Shown here: positions 39,222-49,657 of the stretch, in pieces
Layout: each line of letters starts with the position of its first letter
How positions within the stretch are numbered: the first letter of the stretch is position 1
Origin: an uncultured cyanobacterium
Lineage (GTDB): Bacteria; Cyanobacteriota; Cyanobacteriia; Cyanobacteriales; CAWUOF01
Reading direction: 5' to 3'
Length of the DNA stretch: 64,000 nt
Assembly: GCA_963744145.1 (NCBI GenBank)
Contig: CAVUSO010000001.1
Span: forward strand, 3,008,001-3,072,000
Position numbers and translations under genes: made by a program
The notes under the pieces: generated by a model
What the model was told of the DNA's origin: nothing
What the model saw: the letters and a program-made list of their open reading frames with translations, nothing else
The model's database searches: none

Positions 39222-40136
39222 ATGGTAGGAGATAATCGAGCAGAAGTTCGCAAAGTCTTAGTAATCACTCTATTACTTAATTTATTTGTGATGGGGTTAA
39301 AAGCATCGGTAGGATGGTCAACCCATTCTTTAAGTTTGTTAGCAGATGCGTTACATAGTGTCGTTGATAGTTCTGGTAATGTGATGGGATTATTTGTCAG
39401 TCGTCTCGCTTCACCTACCCCAGATCGAGAACATCCCTATGGACACCAAAAATTTGATGCAATTGGGGCTTTAGGAATCGCTTCTTTTTTAGTTTTAGCC
39501 TGTGTGGAAATTTTGCAAGGAGCGATCGAACGCATCATTAAACCGAGTAGTGAGACAGTGCAAATGTCAGCCCCAGTATTGGGTTTGATGATTTTTGTAT
39601 TAGGAATTAATATTTTCGTTACTTGGTACGAGCAAAGCGTCGGTAAGCGAATTAAAAGCGGCATTCTAGTCGCAGATTCCCAACATACAATGGGAGATAT
39701 TTGGATTACCCTGCTAGTGATTGTTGGTTTAATTGGTGTGTGGATGGGTTATGGCTGGTTAGATGTGGCTTTAGCTTTTCCCGTCACTTTGCTAGTGGCT
39801 TGGAGTGGTTGGGGAGTTTTAAATGATAACTTGCCTTGGTTGGTCGATAAAATTGCGATCGCGCCGGAAGCAATTCATGAAATTGTGATGCAAGTTCCAG
39901 GTGTCATTAACTGTCACGACATTGCTTCTCGCGGGGTCGTCGGGCGACAAGTATTTATCGAAATGCACCTGATCGTCGATTCTCCCGATGTGGAAACCGC
40001 CCACAAAATTACCGAAGAGGTAGAAGCACGCTTGCACCAACAATACCAGCCAGTTCGAGTGTTAATTCATATCGAACCACCATCATATAAAGTAGAGCAA
40101 ATCGCGATCGATGCTAATTCAACGGCTGACTCCTGA
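39222..40136 (+). CDS. Cation diffusion facilitator (CDF) transporter
   Basis: ADALHSVVD, PDREHPYGHQK, ADSQHTMGD and C-terminal IHIEP motifs. Confidence 0.93.
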   Translation: MVGDNRAEVRKVLVITLLLNLFVMGLKASVGWSTHSLSLLADALHSVVDSSGNVMGLFVSRLASPTPDREHPYGHQKFDAIGALGIASFLVLACVEILQGAIERIIKPSSETVQMSAPVLGLMIFVLGINIFVTWYEQSVGKRIKSGILVADSQHTMGDIWITLLVIVGLIGVWMGYGWLDVALAFPVTLLVAWSGWGVLNDNLPWLVDKIAIAPEAIHEIVMQVPGVINCHDIASRGVVGRQVFIEMHLIVDSPDVETAHKITEEVEARLHQQYQPVRVLIHIEPPSYKVEQIAIDANSTADS

Positions 40137-40168
40137 CACTCCAAGCACTTTGTTTCTATTTACCTGGA

Positions 40169-40678
40169 CTATTTTTTTGGTGGCAAGCCCACGGCATTGG
40201 TCAGAATTGCACGAGTTAGATTCTTTGCACCATTAAGATTAGCACCTGTTAAATCCGCATTATTAAAATTAGCACCTGCTAGATTAGCACCTGCTAGATT
40301 AGCACCTGCTAGATTAGCACTACCGAACACAGCATTTGATAAATCAGCATTCTCTAAGGTAGCATTTTGCAAATTGACACCATTAAGTTTGGCTTTTGTT
40401 AAGTTAGCATTATCTAGAGTCGCGATACTTAGATTAGCATTACTTAGATCGGCATTACTTAAATTAGCATTCCTAAGTTGGGCATGGGCTAATTTAGCCT
40501 GACTTAAATTGGCATTTGTGAGATCGCAGCCATTACATTGATTACTTTGGGCTAATTTTTGCAAATCTCCCTGGTTGGCCGCTTGAGATGGGACATTTAA
40601 CCATAAAGGTGCCAATATTGTGGCTGTACCAACTATGGTCAGGGCTATTTTTCCTTGAGCAAAATTTAGGAATTTCAT
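40169..40678 (-). CDS. Exported pentapeptide-repeat protein
   Basis: Signal peptide, CNGCDL, then A(N/D)LxG/N repeats. Confidence 0.9.
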   Translation of the reverse strand: MKFLNFAQGKIALTIVGTATILAPLWLNVPSQAANQGDLQKLAQSNQCNGCDLTNANLSQAKLAHAQLRNANLSNADLSNANLSIATLDNANLTKAKLNGVNLQNATLENADLSNAVFGSANLAGANLAGANLAGANFNNADLTGANLNGAKNLTRAILTNAVGLPPKK

Positions 40679-40843
40679 CACAATCTCTACTCCTGTGCAA
40701 AAAAGATATCTTCCTATCATTTTAGATGATCAATGTCAATTACTCAAAATTTATTTCTGGCGATTTCTTCGTTAATTTTTGTTACTTTTTTGCAGCTTGC
40801 TCGGAATCGATCGGATTAAGAATACAGACAAGTTACCATTTAG

Positions 40844-40893
40844 TTATCCACAGAAATCATCAGTTTTCCACAGATTTTTGACAGTTTTCCACA
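40844..40893 (+). promoter_or_regulatory. Three co-oriented DnaA boxes
   Basis: TTATCCACA at 40844, TTTTCCACA at 40864 and TTTTCCACA at 40885, each preceded by AG. Confidence 0.65.
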
Positions 40894-40968
40894 AAAGTTT
40901 ATCTCACGGTTATCTATTTTTTAAGAATCAAAAATATTTTGGGGTGAGTATTTCCCCCCCCAACTAAT

Positions 40969-42585
40969 TTATTCCCATTCAATCGTACCGGGTGGTTTAG
41001 AGGTGATGTCATAGACAACACGATTAACACCACGTACTTCATTCACAATCCGGTTAGAAATAATTTCTAACAGCTCATGGGGAACTTTTGCCCAGTCAGC
41101 AGTCATCCCATCTTCGCTAGTAATAAACCGTAAGACAATTGGGTAAGCGTAGGTACGCTGATCTCCCATGACACCGACACTCCGGATGGGTAGTAAGACA
41201 GCAAAAGCTTGCCAAAGTTGCTTATATAGATCGTGACGGTTAATTTCTTGACGAACGATAAAGTCAGCTTCTCGGAGAATTGCTAATTTTTCCGCAGTCA
41301 CTTCTCCTAAAATCCGAATCGCTAAACCTGGTCCGGGGAAAGGATGTCGCTGCACGATTTCTTCTGGTAACCCAATAGAACGACCGACTTGACGAACTTC
41401 ATCTTTAAACAGTTTACGCAAAGGTTCGATCAGATGAAAACGTAAATCTTTGGGTAAACCACCAACATTATGGTGACTTTTAATTTTGACTGCTACTCTC
41501 TCTCCAGTTTTTGGATCGACATTAGGATTAGCTGATTCAATTACATCTGGGTAAAGAGTACCTTGAGCTAAATAATTAAATGGGCCAAGGCGTTTGGATT
41601 CTTCTTCAAATACACGAATAAATTCATGCCCGATCCGATGACGTTTTTCTTCGGGATCAGTTACTCCAGCGATCGCATTCAGGAAACGTTCCTGTGCATC
41701 AACATAAGCGACGGGGATATGAAATTGTTCATGAAATAATTTCACTAATCTTTCTGGTTCATTTTTCCGCATGAAACCTTGATCAATGAACATACAGGTG
41801 AGCTGATCGCCGATCGCTTTATATAGTAAAAAAGCCAAAGTTGAGGAATCGACACCACCAGAAAGTGCTAACAGTACGCGTTTGTCACCAACATTAGCAC
41901 GAATTTCCCGAATGGCTTCTTCTACAAAAGCTGCGGTAGTCCAGGTTGGTTCGCAATCACAGATATGGTAGATAAAGTTGCGGATCAGAGCAATTCCACC
42001 AATCGAATGGACTACTTCGGGATGGAATTGGACTCCATAAAATTGTTTTTCGTGATTAGCGATCGCTGCACAAGGGGTATTATCTGTATGAGCTAGGATT
42101 TCAAACCCAGGTGGAAGTTGCTCACAGGAGTCTCCATGACTCATCCACATGGTTGTACCTGCTTCCACATTAGTCAATAAATCGGTAGGATCATCAATTA
42201 ATAAAGATGCTTTTCCATATTCAGCTTTTTGAGCTGAGACTACTTTTCCCCCTAACTGTTGGACCATCAGTTGCATCCCATAACAGACTCCTAGGATGGG
42301 AATACCCAAGTCCCAAATTTCTGGATCGCTAGTGGGAGCTCCGGGATCATAAACTGAATTTGGACCACCAGAGAGAATTATCCCTTTTGGGTTGATTTCT
42401 CTTAGTTGTGCTGCGGTAGTCCGATAGGAGATTACTTCGGAATAAACTTGAGTTTCTCGAATCCGACGTGCAATTAGTTCGGAGTATTGGGAACCAAAGT
42501 CGAGAACGACGACTTGTTGACGTTTTCCTGTTTCTAAGGATGTAGATGGTTGGGTTGGTTTGCTCTGTAGTATCACTTCAATCAA
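40969..42585 (-). CDS. guaA: GMP synthase (glutamine-hydrolysing)
   Basis: LDFGSQY, GVCYGMQ, QFHPEV, SGGVDS and KPPGTIEWE motifs. Confidence 0.98.
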   Translation of the reverse strand: MIEVILQSKPTQPSTSLETGKRQQVVVLDFGSQYSELIARRIRETQVYSEVISYRTTAAQLREINPKGIILSGGPNSVYDPGAPTSDPEIWDLGIPILGVCYGMQLMVQQLGGKVVSAQKAEYGKASLLIDDPTDLLTNVEAGTTMWMSHGDSCEQLPPGFEILAHTDNTPCAAIANHEKQFYGVQFHPEVVHSIGGIALIRNFIYHICDCEPTWTTAAFVEEAIREIRANVGDKRVLLALSGGVDSSTLAFLLYKAIGDQLTCMFIDQGFMRKNEPERLVKLFHEQFHIPVAYVDAQERFLNAIAGVTDPEEKRHRIGHEFIRVFEEESKRLGPFNYLAQGTLYPDVIESANPNVDPKTGERVAVKIKSHHNVGGLPKDLRFHLIEPLRKLFKDEVRQVGRSIGLPEEIVQRHPFPGPGLAIRILGEVTAEKLAILREADFIVRQEINRHDLYKQLWQAFAVLLPIRSVGVMGDQRTYAYPIVLRFITSEDGMTADWAKVPHELLEIISNRIVNEVRGVNRVVYDITSKPPGTIEWE

Positions 42586-42672
42586 TCCAAAATACAGTTT
42601 GCCGATAAAGATAGATGGATGTTAAACTAGTTGGTGCAGATATTCTTACCACTGTTAAGAAGCGAGATTTCA

Positions 42673-43839
42673 TCAGTTTTGACAGATTGTTTGTTGACCA
42701 TAACACAATTTTTCTAATAATGTTACAGCAATTTTACTTTTGACAATAATTTGCCGATCGCGATCAAATAAAATTGACCCAACTTGGATATTTTCCTGTT
42801 GCTTTGATGGGATATGTGTGTGAAGATAAGCTTGAGTACGTTGGTCAATCTGGTCAGCAATGACCTGATAAATTTGCTTGACCCAATCTGTCTGATTTGT
42901 TGCATCTAACTGACGCAGATATTGTAAAGCATCTTCGGCTGTAGCGAGTGCCAATATTGCTTGTAAATCTGGATTTGGTAATCCAACTTTGGCACAATAA
43001 GCGGTGAAAATTTCGATTCTTCCATCTGCTATATAATGATGGGTGTGAAAAATTCCCCCTGCTAATTTAATCAACTTCCCATGATACCCAAATAATAAGA
43101 TTGATTTAACTTGCTGATTCGCAGCTTCAACCAGTAATGGACCTAACCAATTAGCGGTTTTTACCAAGCGGACTGGATTAATTCCTAATTTGGTCGCTAA
43201 ATCTAAACCATTTTCACCAATACAAAATACTAACCCATCAAAATATGCTGCTTTGGATTGTAATTGTTCCCGAAATATTTCTAATTGTCCCAGGGAACTT
43301 AACGGTTGAGAAATTCCTGTAGTTCCTAACAAAGAAAGTCCCTCGACCACTCCAAAAGCAGCATTAGATGTTCTGGTGGCTAATCGTCTTCCTTCTGGCA
43401 AAATAATTGTTACAGCAATCTTTTCTTCTGGTGACAATAAACGGTGCAGATTCTGAGCTAAAATATTTTGGGCATAGGCATAAATAGCTGGTTTTCCTGC
43501 TTGATTGATTAACTTACCAATACCTTCTCCTCCTTGGATGAGAATCTGTTCTGTTTCGACTGGTTGTGGTTCTTGCCATTCTACTATTACCCAAATCTGC
43601 ATATCATTAGTTAAATCTAGATTATCACCAGGATCGCTTCGGGTAATAGCTAAAGCGGCATTTTTTTTGATCAACGCTACCTGCTCAATCGTAATTTCAG
43701 CGTTTTCCGGTGGATTGATTAAATCGACCCAAACAGATGTTAAAATTTCTCCATCATGCAAACATCTCCAAGCAGCGATCGCCGCAGCACAGGCAAAAAC
43801 TGGTAGGGTATATCCAGATTGAGGTGAGGCAATTGACAT
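42673..43839 (-). CDS. cbiD: Cobalt-precorrin-5B C1-methyltransferase
   Basis: SGYTLPVFA, SDPGDNLDLT, TSNAAFGVVEGLSLLGT and GKLIKLAGGIFHTH motifs. Confidence 0.93.
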   Translation of the reverse strand: MSIASPQSGYTLPVFACAAAIAAWRCLHDGEILTSVWVDLINPPENAEITIEQVALIKKNAALAITRSDPGDNLDLTNDMQIWVIVEWQEPQPVETEQILIQGGEGIGKLINQAGKPAIYAYAQNILAQNLHRLLSPEEKIAVTIILPEGRRLATRTSNAAFGVVEGLSLLGTTGISQPLSSLGQLEIFREQLQSKAAYFDGLVFCIGENGLDLATKLGINPVRLVKTANWLGPLLVEAANQQVKSILLFGYHGKLIKLAGGIFHTHHYIADGRIEIFTAYCAKVGLPNPDLQAILALATAEDALQYLRQLDATNQTDWVKQIYQVIADQIDQRTQAYLHTHIPSKQQENIQVGSILFDRDRQIIVKSKIAVTLLEKLCYGQQTICQN

Positions 43840-43885
43840 TTTATGGTAATTATATATAAATTTACTTTTTGCTCAAGATCATATA

Positions 43886-44861
43886 ATGGCACAATTGACA
43901 GGCAAAATCGCATTAGTTACAGGTGCAACTAGAGGAATTGGTAGAGGAATTGCGATCGGGTTAGGTGAAGCAGGTGCAACAGTTTATATTACTGGTCGTA
44001 CCCTGGAATCATCTGATCATAAACAGGGGATGTCCGGAAGTCTCAAGGAAACCCAATTAGCAGTTGAGTCCGTGGGTGGGGGATGTATTCCTGTCGTCGT
44101 CGATCACAGTAACGATGAGCAAGTCCGTTTACTATTTGAGCAGATTCAAGCTGAACAAGGACAACTTGATATTTTAGTTAATAATGCTTATTCAGGAGTT
44201 CAGACATTAAGGGATAATTTTGGCAAACCTTTCTGGGAATGTGAACCTAGTTTTTGGGATGCTGGTAATAATGTTGGTCTGCGTAGTCATTATATTGCCA
44301 GTGTTTTCGCAGCAAAAATGATGGTTCCCTGTCAGCAAGGACTAATTTGTACTATTTCTTCTTGGGGTGGGATGTCCTATATTTTTAGTGTTCCCTATAG
44401 TGTGGGAAAATGTGCTGGCGATCGGTTAGCCGCAGATTCTGGCAATTGAACTAAAATCCCATCAAATTACTTCCCTGTCAATTTGGCCAGGAATTGTGGG
44501 GACTGAACATATTAAGCAGTTAGCTGAAGAAATTAATCAAGATGATCCCGAGCCAAAAAACACAGTCATGAAAGAACATTTCAACTGGGAAACTCCCTTA
44601 TTTACCGGACGGGTAATTGCAGCACTAGCTGCTGAAGAGCAGGTGATCCAGCGGACTGGTCGAGTGCAAATTGTGGCAGAATTAGCCCAAGAGTATGGAT
44701 TAGTCGATGAAAATGGCGATCGTCCGGTATCCCTACGTTCTCTACGTTTTATTTTGGTTGGGGCTTTTCCTGGACTGAAAAAATATGCTGGACTTATCCC
44801 AGATCTTAAGATACCCTGGTGGTTATTAATTTTGCAAAGATTACCATCACCGAAAATTTAA
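43886..44861 (+). CDS. Short-chain dehydrogenase/reductase (DHRS1-like), +1 frameshift at about 44438
   Basis: TGATRGIG, LVNNA and YSVGK motifs. DRLAAD continues in another frame as LAIELKSHQITSLSIWPGIVGTE; removing one base gives 324 aa. Confidence 0.85.
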
Positions 44862-44890
44862 TTGGTTAGATGATAAATAATTAAGCAGAA

Positions 44891-44988
44891 GAAGGGTAAA
44901 GCATTCGGGTATAATATTGCTGCCCTTCGACTACGCTCAGGGTAAAATTTGATCGCTCAATTGTCGCCAGAGATGCTTCACCCCTACA
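44891..44988. repeat. Degenerate GTAG-type REP pair with an inserted short repeat
   Basis: GAAGGGTAAAGCATTCGG...GATGCTTCACCCCTAC flanks CCCTTCGACTACGCTCAGGG. Confidence 0.5.
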
Positions 44989-45010
44989 CTAATCTACCAA
45001 GCTAAAAATT

Positions 45011-47185
45011 ATGTTATCCCAAAACTTTCAAACATCCCATACCCAACTTGCTCATACTGGTGACCAATTTTTACAGTATCTGCAAGAACTCCTGACCGAA
45101 AGAGTTAGTCAGGGTAATCCCACGGAGGAACTACAGAAGATTGGAGACAATCTGAGTAAAACTCTGACTGCTTTGAAGGAACAAAAATATCAAGTAGCTG
45201 TAATTGCTGCAATGAAAGCAGGTAAAAGTACCTTTCTCAATGCGATCGTCGGTGCTGATGTCCTTGCGAGTGAATCGGAATCTTGTACAGTTTGTCGAAC
45301 TGATATCTATCCCATTGATGCTAATGCTACTCCCAGGTTGTTGGAATATCAAGCAGGAATAAAACAACCCATCGAATTAGCAGTGGGAGATGATGGTTTA
45401 ATTAAAGAAAGATTTTTAGCCCGGACCAGGGAAATTCGGGCAACAGCTAATCGCGATCGCACGACTAGATTTGAGCTGGAGCATTATATTGCTGGGTTGA
45501 GTGAGATTCCGGCTTTAGCAGGGTTTGCTTTTGTAGATACTCCCGGACCAAATGAATGGGAATCAACTAATTTTGATACTACTGTCCTGAAACAGACTAC
45601 TTTAGAAGCTTTGCGAACTTGCGATGCAATTTTGTTTATTTTAGATTATTCAGATTTCAAAGACAATACTAATTCAGAATTACTAGAACTGTTTAAACAA
45701 CGAGGGGACTTGATTGCACTCAACGCTGGAAAAACCTTCTTTATTCTCAATAAAATTGATCGTAAAGCTGCGAGCGATCGGGCGATCGCTGATGTAATTA
45801 ATGATTTAGAACAAGCGTTGATTAGTTTTGGAATACCCAATCCCGTCGTTTATCCTGCTAGTGCTTGGCAAGGATTATTAGCAAAATTACTGCTATCTGG
45901 GGCTGCAACTAAGGAACATAAAGAAGATTTTAAAAACTTCTTCTTAGCTCGATATATTGAAGAAGATGAAGAGGGAGAACCCCGAATTCCTAAAATTGCT
46001 GAAATTGCACCCAAAGCTTTAGAAAATAGTCATATTCCGGTGATTGAAGAGTCAGTGATTAAAACAGTAGTTCAGTATTCTGGTTGGAATCTACTTAATG
46101 GGATTTTGGCTAAAATTGAGAACACTGGTCACACAGTTGCAAATCTGCTCAATACCGAAATTAAAGGATGGGAAACAGAAATTGAAACCCTCAAATATAC
46201 AGTAGAAAATTATCATCAACGCGCTCAAGTAGCGAAAGCACAGGTAGAAATTGTCAAAATGTCAGCGGAAGAACAAAAACAGCAACTAATTGAAGCATTT
46301 AGTCAGAAAGTCGCCCAATTTGCTCAGACTTGTAAAGAAAAGACACAGCAAGAAATTGAGCAAGTGATTAATGATAAATCGACCACAGTAACAACTCAAT
46401 CAGAGCAGTCTTTATTAAATGCTTTGAAAAGAGAATTTGCCACTATTTTTGCATCTCCTCGGGCTGAAGCTGATAAAATTCGAGTCAATAATAACGAAGA
46501 TGCTAAGAAAATTGGACAGTTAATTAATGGATACTTCCCACCGATAATTCAGAGTTTTTGGTTGGATATCCAAGATCAGCTAGTTCGGAATGGGACAGAA
46601 ATTAGAACCCAAATCGTGCAAAAAATTCAGCAGAGTATCCAAACTATCTCTGACGAATTATCTGAATATATTGGTCAAACCTTGAATGTGGATCTTCATT
46701 ATAGTGAAATTCAATTTCCCGAATTTCAATTTGCAGGAATTGATGCTCAAATTGCCAAACAACAAGAAGTTTTTGAGCGAAACAGAAAGGAAATGAGAAG
46801 TGAACCGCGTTGTTGTCGATCGGAACGAGTGTATGAAATTGATATTCCCTACCAAGAGGTCGTCCCTTATTATGAAATTGATTTACGAGCAACTCAGCGT
46901 CAGTTTGAATTAAAAATTGATGCTCAAGTAGCTCGAAATCAAGAATTGTTAAAAAGAGTTGTGGAAAAGCAAGTTGGGGAAGATTTCAAAAATGCAGCAC
47001 AACAAATTAATGATTACATTAGCCAATTTCAATCGGAACTTGACAATTTATTGCAAAAACGGGAAAGTCGAGAACTGGAATCTCTTCAGGTGCGAGCAAA
47101 GATTCAAGAGGAACACTATGAGCTTAATCAAATTTTGCAGAAATTAACAACTATTAAAACCGACCTAGAGTCCTGGAAACCATGA
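45011..47185 (+). CDS. Bacterial dynamin-like GTPase
   Basis: G1 AAMKAGKST, G2 Thr (ESCT), G3 DTPG and G4 NKID; long helical/coiled-coil C-terminal stalk. Confidence 0.85.
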   Translation: MLSQNFQTSHTQLAHTGDQFLQYLQELLTERVSQGNPTEELQKIGDNLSKTLTALKEQKYQVAVIAAMKAGKSTFLNAIVGADVLASESESCTVCRTDIYPIDANATPRLLEYQAGIKQPIELAVGDDGLIKERFLARTREIRATANRDRTTRFELEHYIAGLSEIPALAGFAFVDTPGPNEWESTNFDTTVLKQTTLEALRTCDAILFILDYSDFKDNTNSELLELFKQRGDLIALNAGKTFFILNKIDRKAASDRAIADVINDLEQALISFGIPNPVVYPASAWQGLLAKLLLSGAATKEHKEDFKNFFLARYIEEDEEGEPRIPKIAEIAPKALENSHIPVIEESVIKTVVQYSGWNLLNGILAKIENTGHTVANLLNTEIKGWETEIETLKYTVENYHQRAQVAKAQVEIVKMSAEEQKQQLIEAFSQKVAQFAQTCKEKTQQEIEQVINDKSTTVTTQSEQSLLNALKREFATIFASPRAEADKIRVNNNEDAKKIGQLINGYFPPIIQSFWLDIQDQLVRNGTEIRTQIVQKIQQSIQTISDELSEYIGQTLNVDLHYSEIQFPEFQFAGIDAQIAKQQEVFERNRKEMRSEPRCCRSERVYEIDIPYQEVVPYYEIDLRATQRQFELKIDAQVARNQELLKRVVEKQVGEDFKNAAQQINDYISQFQSELDNLLQKRESRELESLQVRAKIQEEHYELNQILQKLTTIKTDLESWKP

Positions 47186-47211
47186 GGAGCAAAACTGATC
47201 ATTAGATACTT

Positions 47212-47603
47212 GTGGGACAGACATCTTGTCTGTCCTAATTAATTATTTTGTAAGATACAGCCTATTCCAGGTTTATGAAGTTCATCAAGGTGATCTGTGG
47301 TTTCCTGGCGGGTTCATTAATACCTCGACTGCGCTCGGCACAAGGGTTATTTGTGTGTGGCAAGTTCATCGGTGAACCCGCCCCTACAGGGATTCACCAA
47401 AAAATCGATCAGGATTAGAGGATGACAAGATTAACAGGATTTGTAGGGGCAGGTTCACCAATCAATTCTGCTCCAAACAGATAACTATCATAAACCTGCC
47501 CAACCAACACAGATCACTCACAATCTCGGACAGGCAAGATGCCTGTCCCACCATTCATGCCAAATCTTACTGTACTTCATCAGCCACCGAATCCGCTGTA
47601 TCT
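47212..47603. mobile_element. REP hairpin plus a composite MITE-like element (47253-47603)
   Basis: GTGGGACAGACATCTTGTCTGTCC at 47212. Imperfect TIRs AGATACAGC..ATGAAGT / ACTTCAT..GCTGTATCT enclose GTAGGGGC(G/A)GGTTCACC REP pairs, CTCGACTGCGCTCGGCA and a GGACAGGCAAGATGCCTGTCCCAC copy at 47528. Confidence 0.65.
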
Positions 47604-47635
47604 ATTATAGCATTTAACTATCAGGAAAATGAATT

Positions 47636-48112
47636 ATGAAAACCACAAAAAAACCTCGACTATTTACTAATAACGACACTTATCCATGTCCAGTATGTCT
47701 CAGGGGAACCATATCACCACTATTATTAATGGATGCTTTTTCCTGTGACTTTTGCAATCATATATTTACCCCAGAATTTTCGACCCAACGATTATTAATG
47801 GCTGATCGAGATCCACCTTTAGCTTGGTATTGGAATCGTCAAGGTTGGATTGGAGGACATTTAATTGGAGTTGAATTCACCTGGGTCTATTCCTTAGCAG
47901 CAATTGCTTTCGTGGTATTTCCCACCATAATTATCGGATTGGCAGTTTATTATTTTCCTCCAGCACCAAATGCACCTTTTTTTTGGTTTCCCTATATTTG
48001 GACTGGATTAACTTTTCTTTCCCATTTGAGCATCATTCTTTGGTTAATGATCGAATTTTATCAGTTTCCTGTGGGACGGTATTTGTCAATTATGCGACGT
48101 TATTTATGGTGA
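47636..48112 (+). CDS. Conserved hypothetical protein: Zn-ribbon + 2 TM
   Basis: YPCPVC..MDAFSCDFCNHIF followed by two hydrophobic helices. Confidence 0.75.
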   Translation: MKTTKKPRLFTNNDTYPCPVCLRGTISPLLLMDAFSCDFCNHIFTPEFSTQRLLMADRDPPLAWYWNRQGWIGGHLIGVEFTWVYSLAAIAFVVFPTIIIGLAVYYFPPAPNAPFFWFPYIWTGLTFLSHLSIILWLMIEFYQFPVGRYLSIMRRYLW

Positions 48113-48190
48113 AATTTACTCACCTCAATGCTGAACAGGATATAATTTTCAGCAGCTACTGCTTAATTATTCATTATCTGATCTTTTGGT

Positions 48191-49447
48191 ATGACTGCGG
48201 AAATTATCTGTGTAGGAACAGAATTGCTCCTGGGAGACATCCTCAATAGCAATGCTCAATTTTTAGCCCAACAACTAGCTCAACTGGGAATTCCTCACTA
48301 CTATCAATCCGTAGTAGGAGATAATCCGGAACGGCTAAAATTGGTATTAGAACTAGCAGCATCTCGATCGCAAATCTTAATTTTCACAGGGGGACTTAGA
48401 CCAACCCCAGATGATTTGACCACAGCAACGATCGCCGATTTTTTTGGTGTCCCGCTAATTGAAGACCCAGAAATTCTTGCAGATATCACCCGTAAGTATG
48501 CAAATCGCAAACGTGAGATGTCACCGAGTAATCGGAAACAAGCATTAATCCCCCAAGGTGCCAAAATTTTACCTAATCCTACAGGTACTGCTCCTGGGAT
48601 AATTTGGCAACCCCGTTTAGATCAGCTGACCATTCTCACCTTTCCGGGAGTCCCCTCAGAAATGTATCCGATGTGGACAGAAACTGCTGTCCCTTATCTG
48701 CGGAGTCAAGGTTGGGGTCAACAAGCAATTTACAGTCGAGTTTTAAAATTCTGGGGTATTCCCGAATCCACATTAGCCGAAAAAGTAGCTGATTTTCTCA
48801 ACCTATCTAATCCTACCGTTGCTCCTTATGCAAATAAGGGTGAAGTCAAACTGCGAATTTCTGCTCGTGCTGATTCAAAAACGACAGCTGAAGCATTAAT
48901 TAGTCCAGTGGAACAACAATTGCGTCAAATCGGTGGAAGATATTGTTATGGTGCTGACGATGATACCCTCGCTTCCGTCGTTGGTCAACTGCTCATTTCC
49001 GCTAAGGAAACTCTTAGTGTAGCAGAATCTTGTACCGGTGGTGGACTGGGACAGACCCTAACCAATATCTCTGGTAGTTCTGCTTATTTTTTAGGTGGAA
49101 TCATTTCCTATGATAACCAAGTCAAAATCTCCTTATTAGATGTTAGTCCCACAGATTTGGACCAATATGGAGCAGTTTCCGCTCAAGTAGCTAAACAAAT
49201 GGCTCTTGGAGTGCGATCGCGACTCTCTGCTTCCTGGGGTTTAAGCATCACCGGAATTGCTGGACCGGGAGGTGGGACAGATACCAAACCCGTCGGTCTA
49301 GTTTATATCGGGTTAGCTAGTCCTAATGGAGCTGTAGTAGCTGTTGAGCATAAGTTTGGTGCTTTACAGGAACGTTCCTGGATTCGTCAGTTAAGCATCA
49401 CTTCTGCTCTGGACCATCTCCGCTGTCAATTACTCAACCAAAATTAG
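48191..49447 (+). CDS. cinA: Competence/damage-inducible protein CinA (MocF + NMN deamidase PncC)
   Basis: AEIICVGTELLLG, GTAPG, AESCTGG and ITGIAGPGGG motifs. Confidence 0.95.
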   Translation: MTAEIICVGTELLLGDILNSNAQFLAQQLAQLGIPHYYQSVVGDNPERLKLVLELAASRSQILIFTGGLRPTPDDLTTATIADFFGVPLIEDPEILADITRKYANRKREMSPSNRKQALIPQGAKILPNPTGTAPGIIWQPRLDQLTILTFPGVPSEMYPMWTETAVPYLRSQGWGQQAIYSRVLKFWGIPESTLAEKVADFLNLSNPTVAPYANKGEVKLRISARADSKTTAEALISPVEQQLRQIGGRYCYGADDDTLASVVGQLLISAKETLSVAESCTGGGLGQTLTNISGSSAYFLGGIISYDNQVKISLLDVSPTDLDQYGAVSAQVAKQMALGVRSRLSASWGLSITGIAGPGGGTDTKPVGLVYIGLASPNGAVVAVEHKFGALQERSWIRQLSITSALDHLRCQLLNQN

Positions 49448-49657
49448 ATTTTAGAAAAGACTTGATTATTTGGGAATATTAGTTATGATCAAGTATAGAT
49501 AAAAAAATCAGTCACTCGCAAATAACTCGCTTTAATATTTTTTTTAGATAAATATGACAAGCGAAAAGTTAAGTTGATGTAAAATACGTCTTACCTAATC
49601 GGCACTTTAGACTTTTAGGTAGGTTCAATAAGCTATATCAAAGGAGCTAGAGTTTCA

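Noticed and set aside
40255..40325. 15-bp tandem DNA repeat AGATTAGCACCTGCT
   Set aside because: Explained by pentapeptide (ANLAG) coding repeats.
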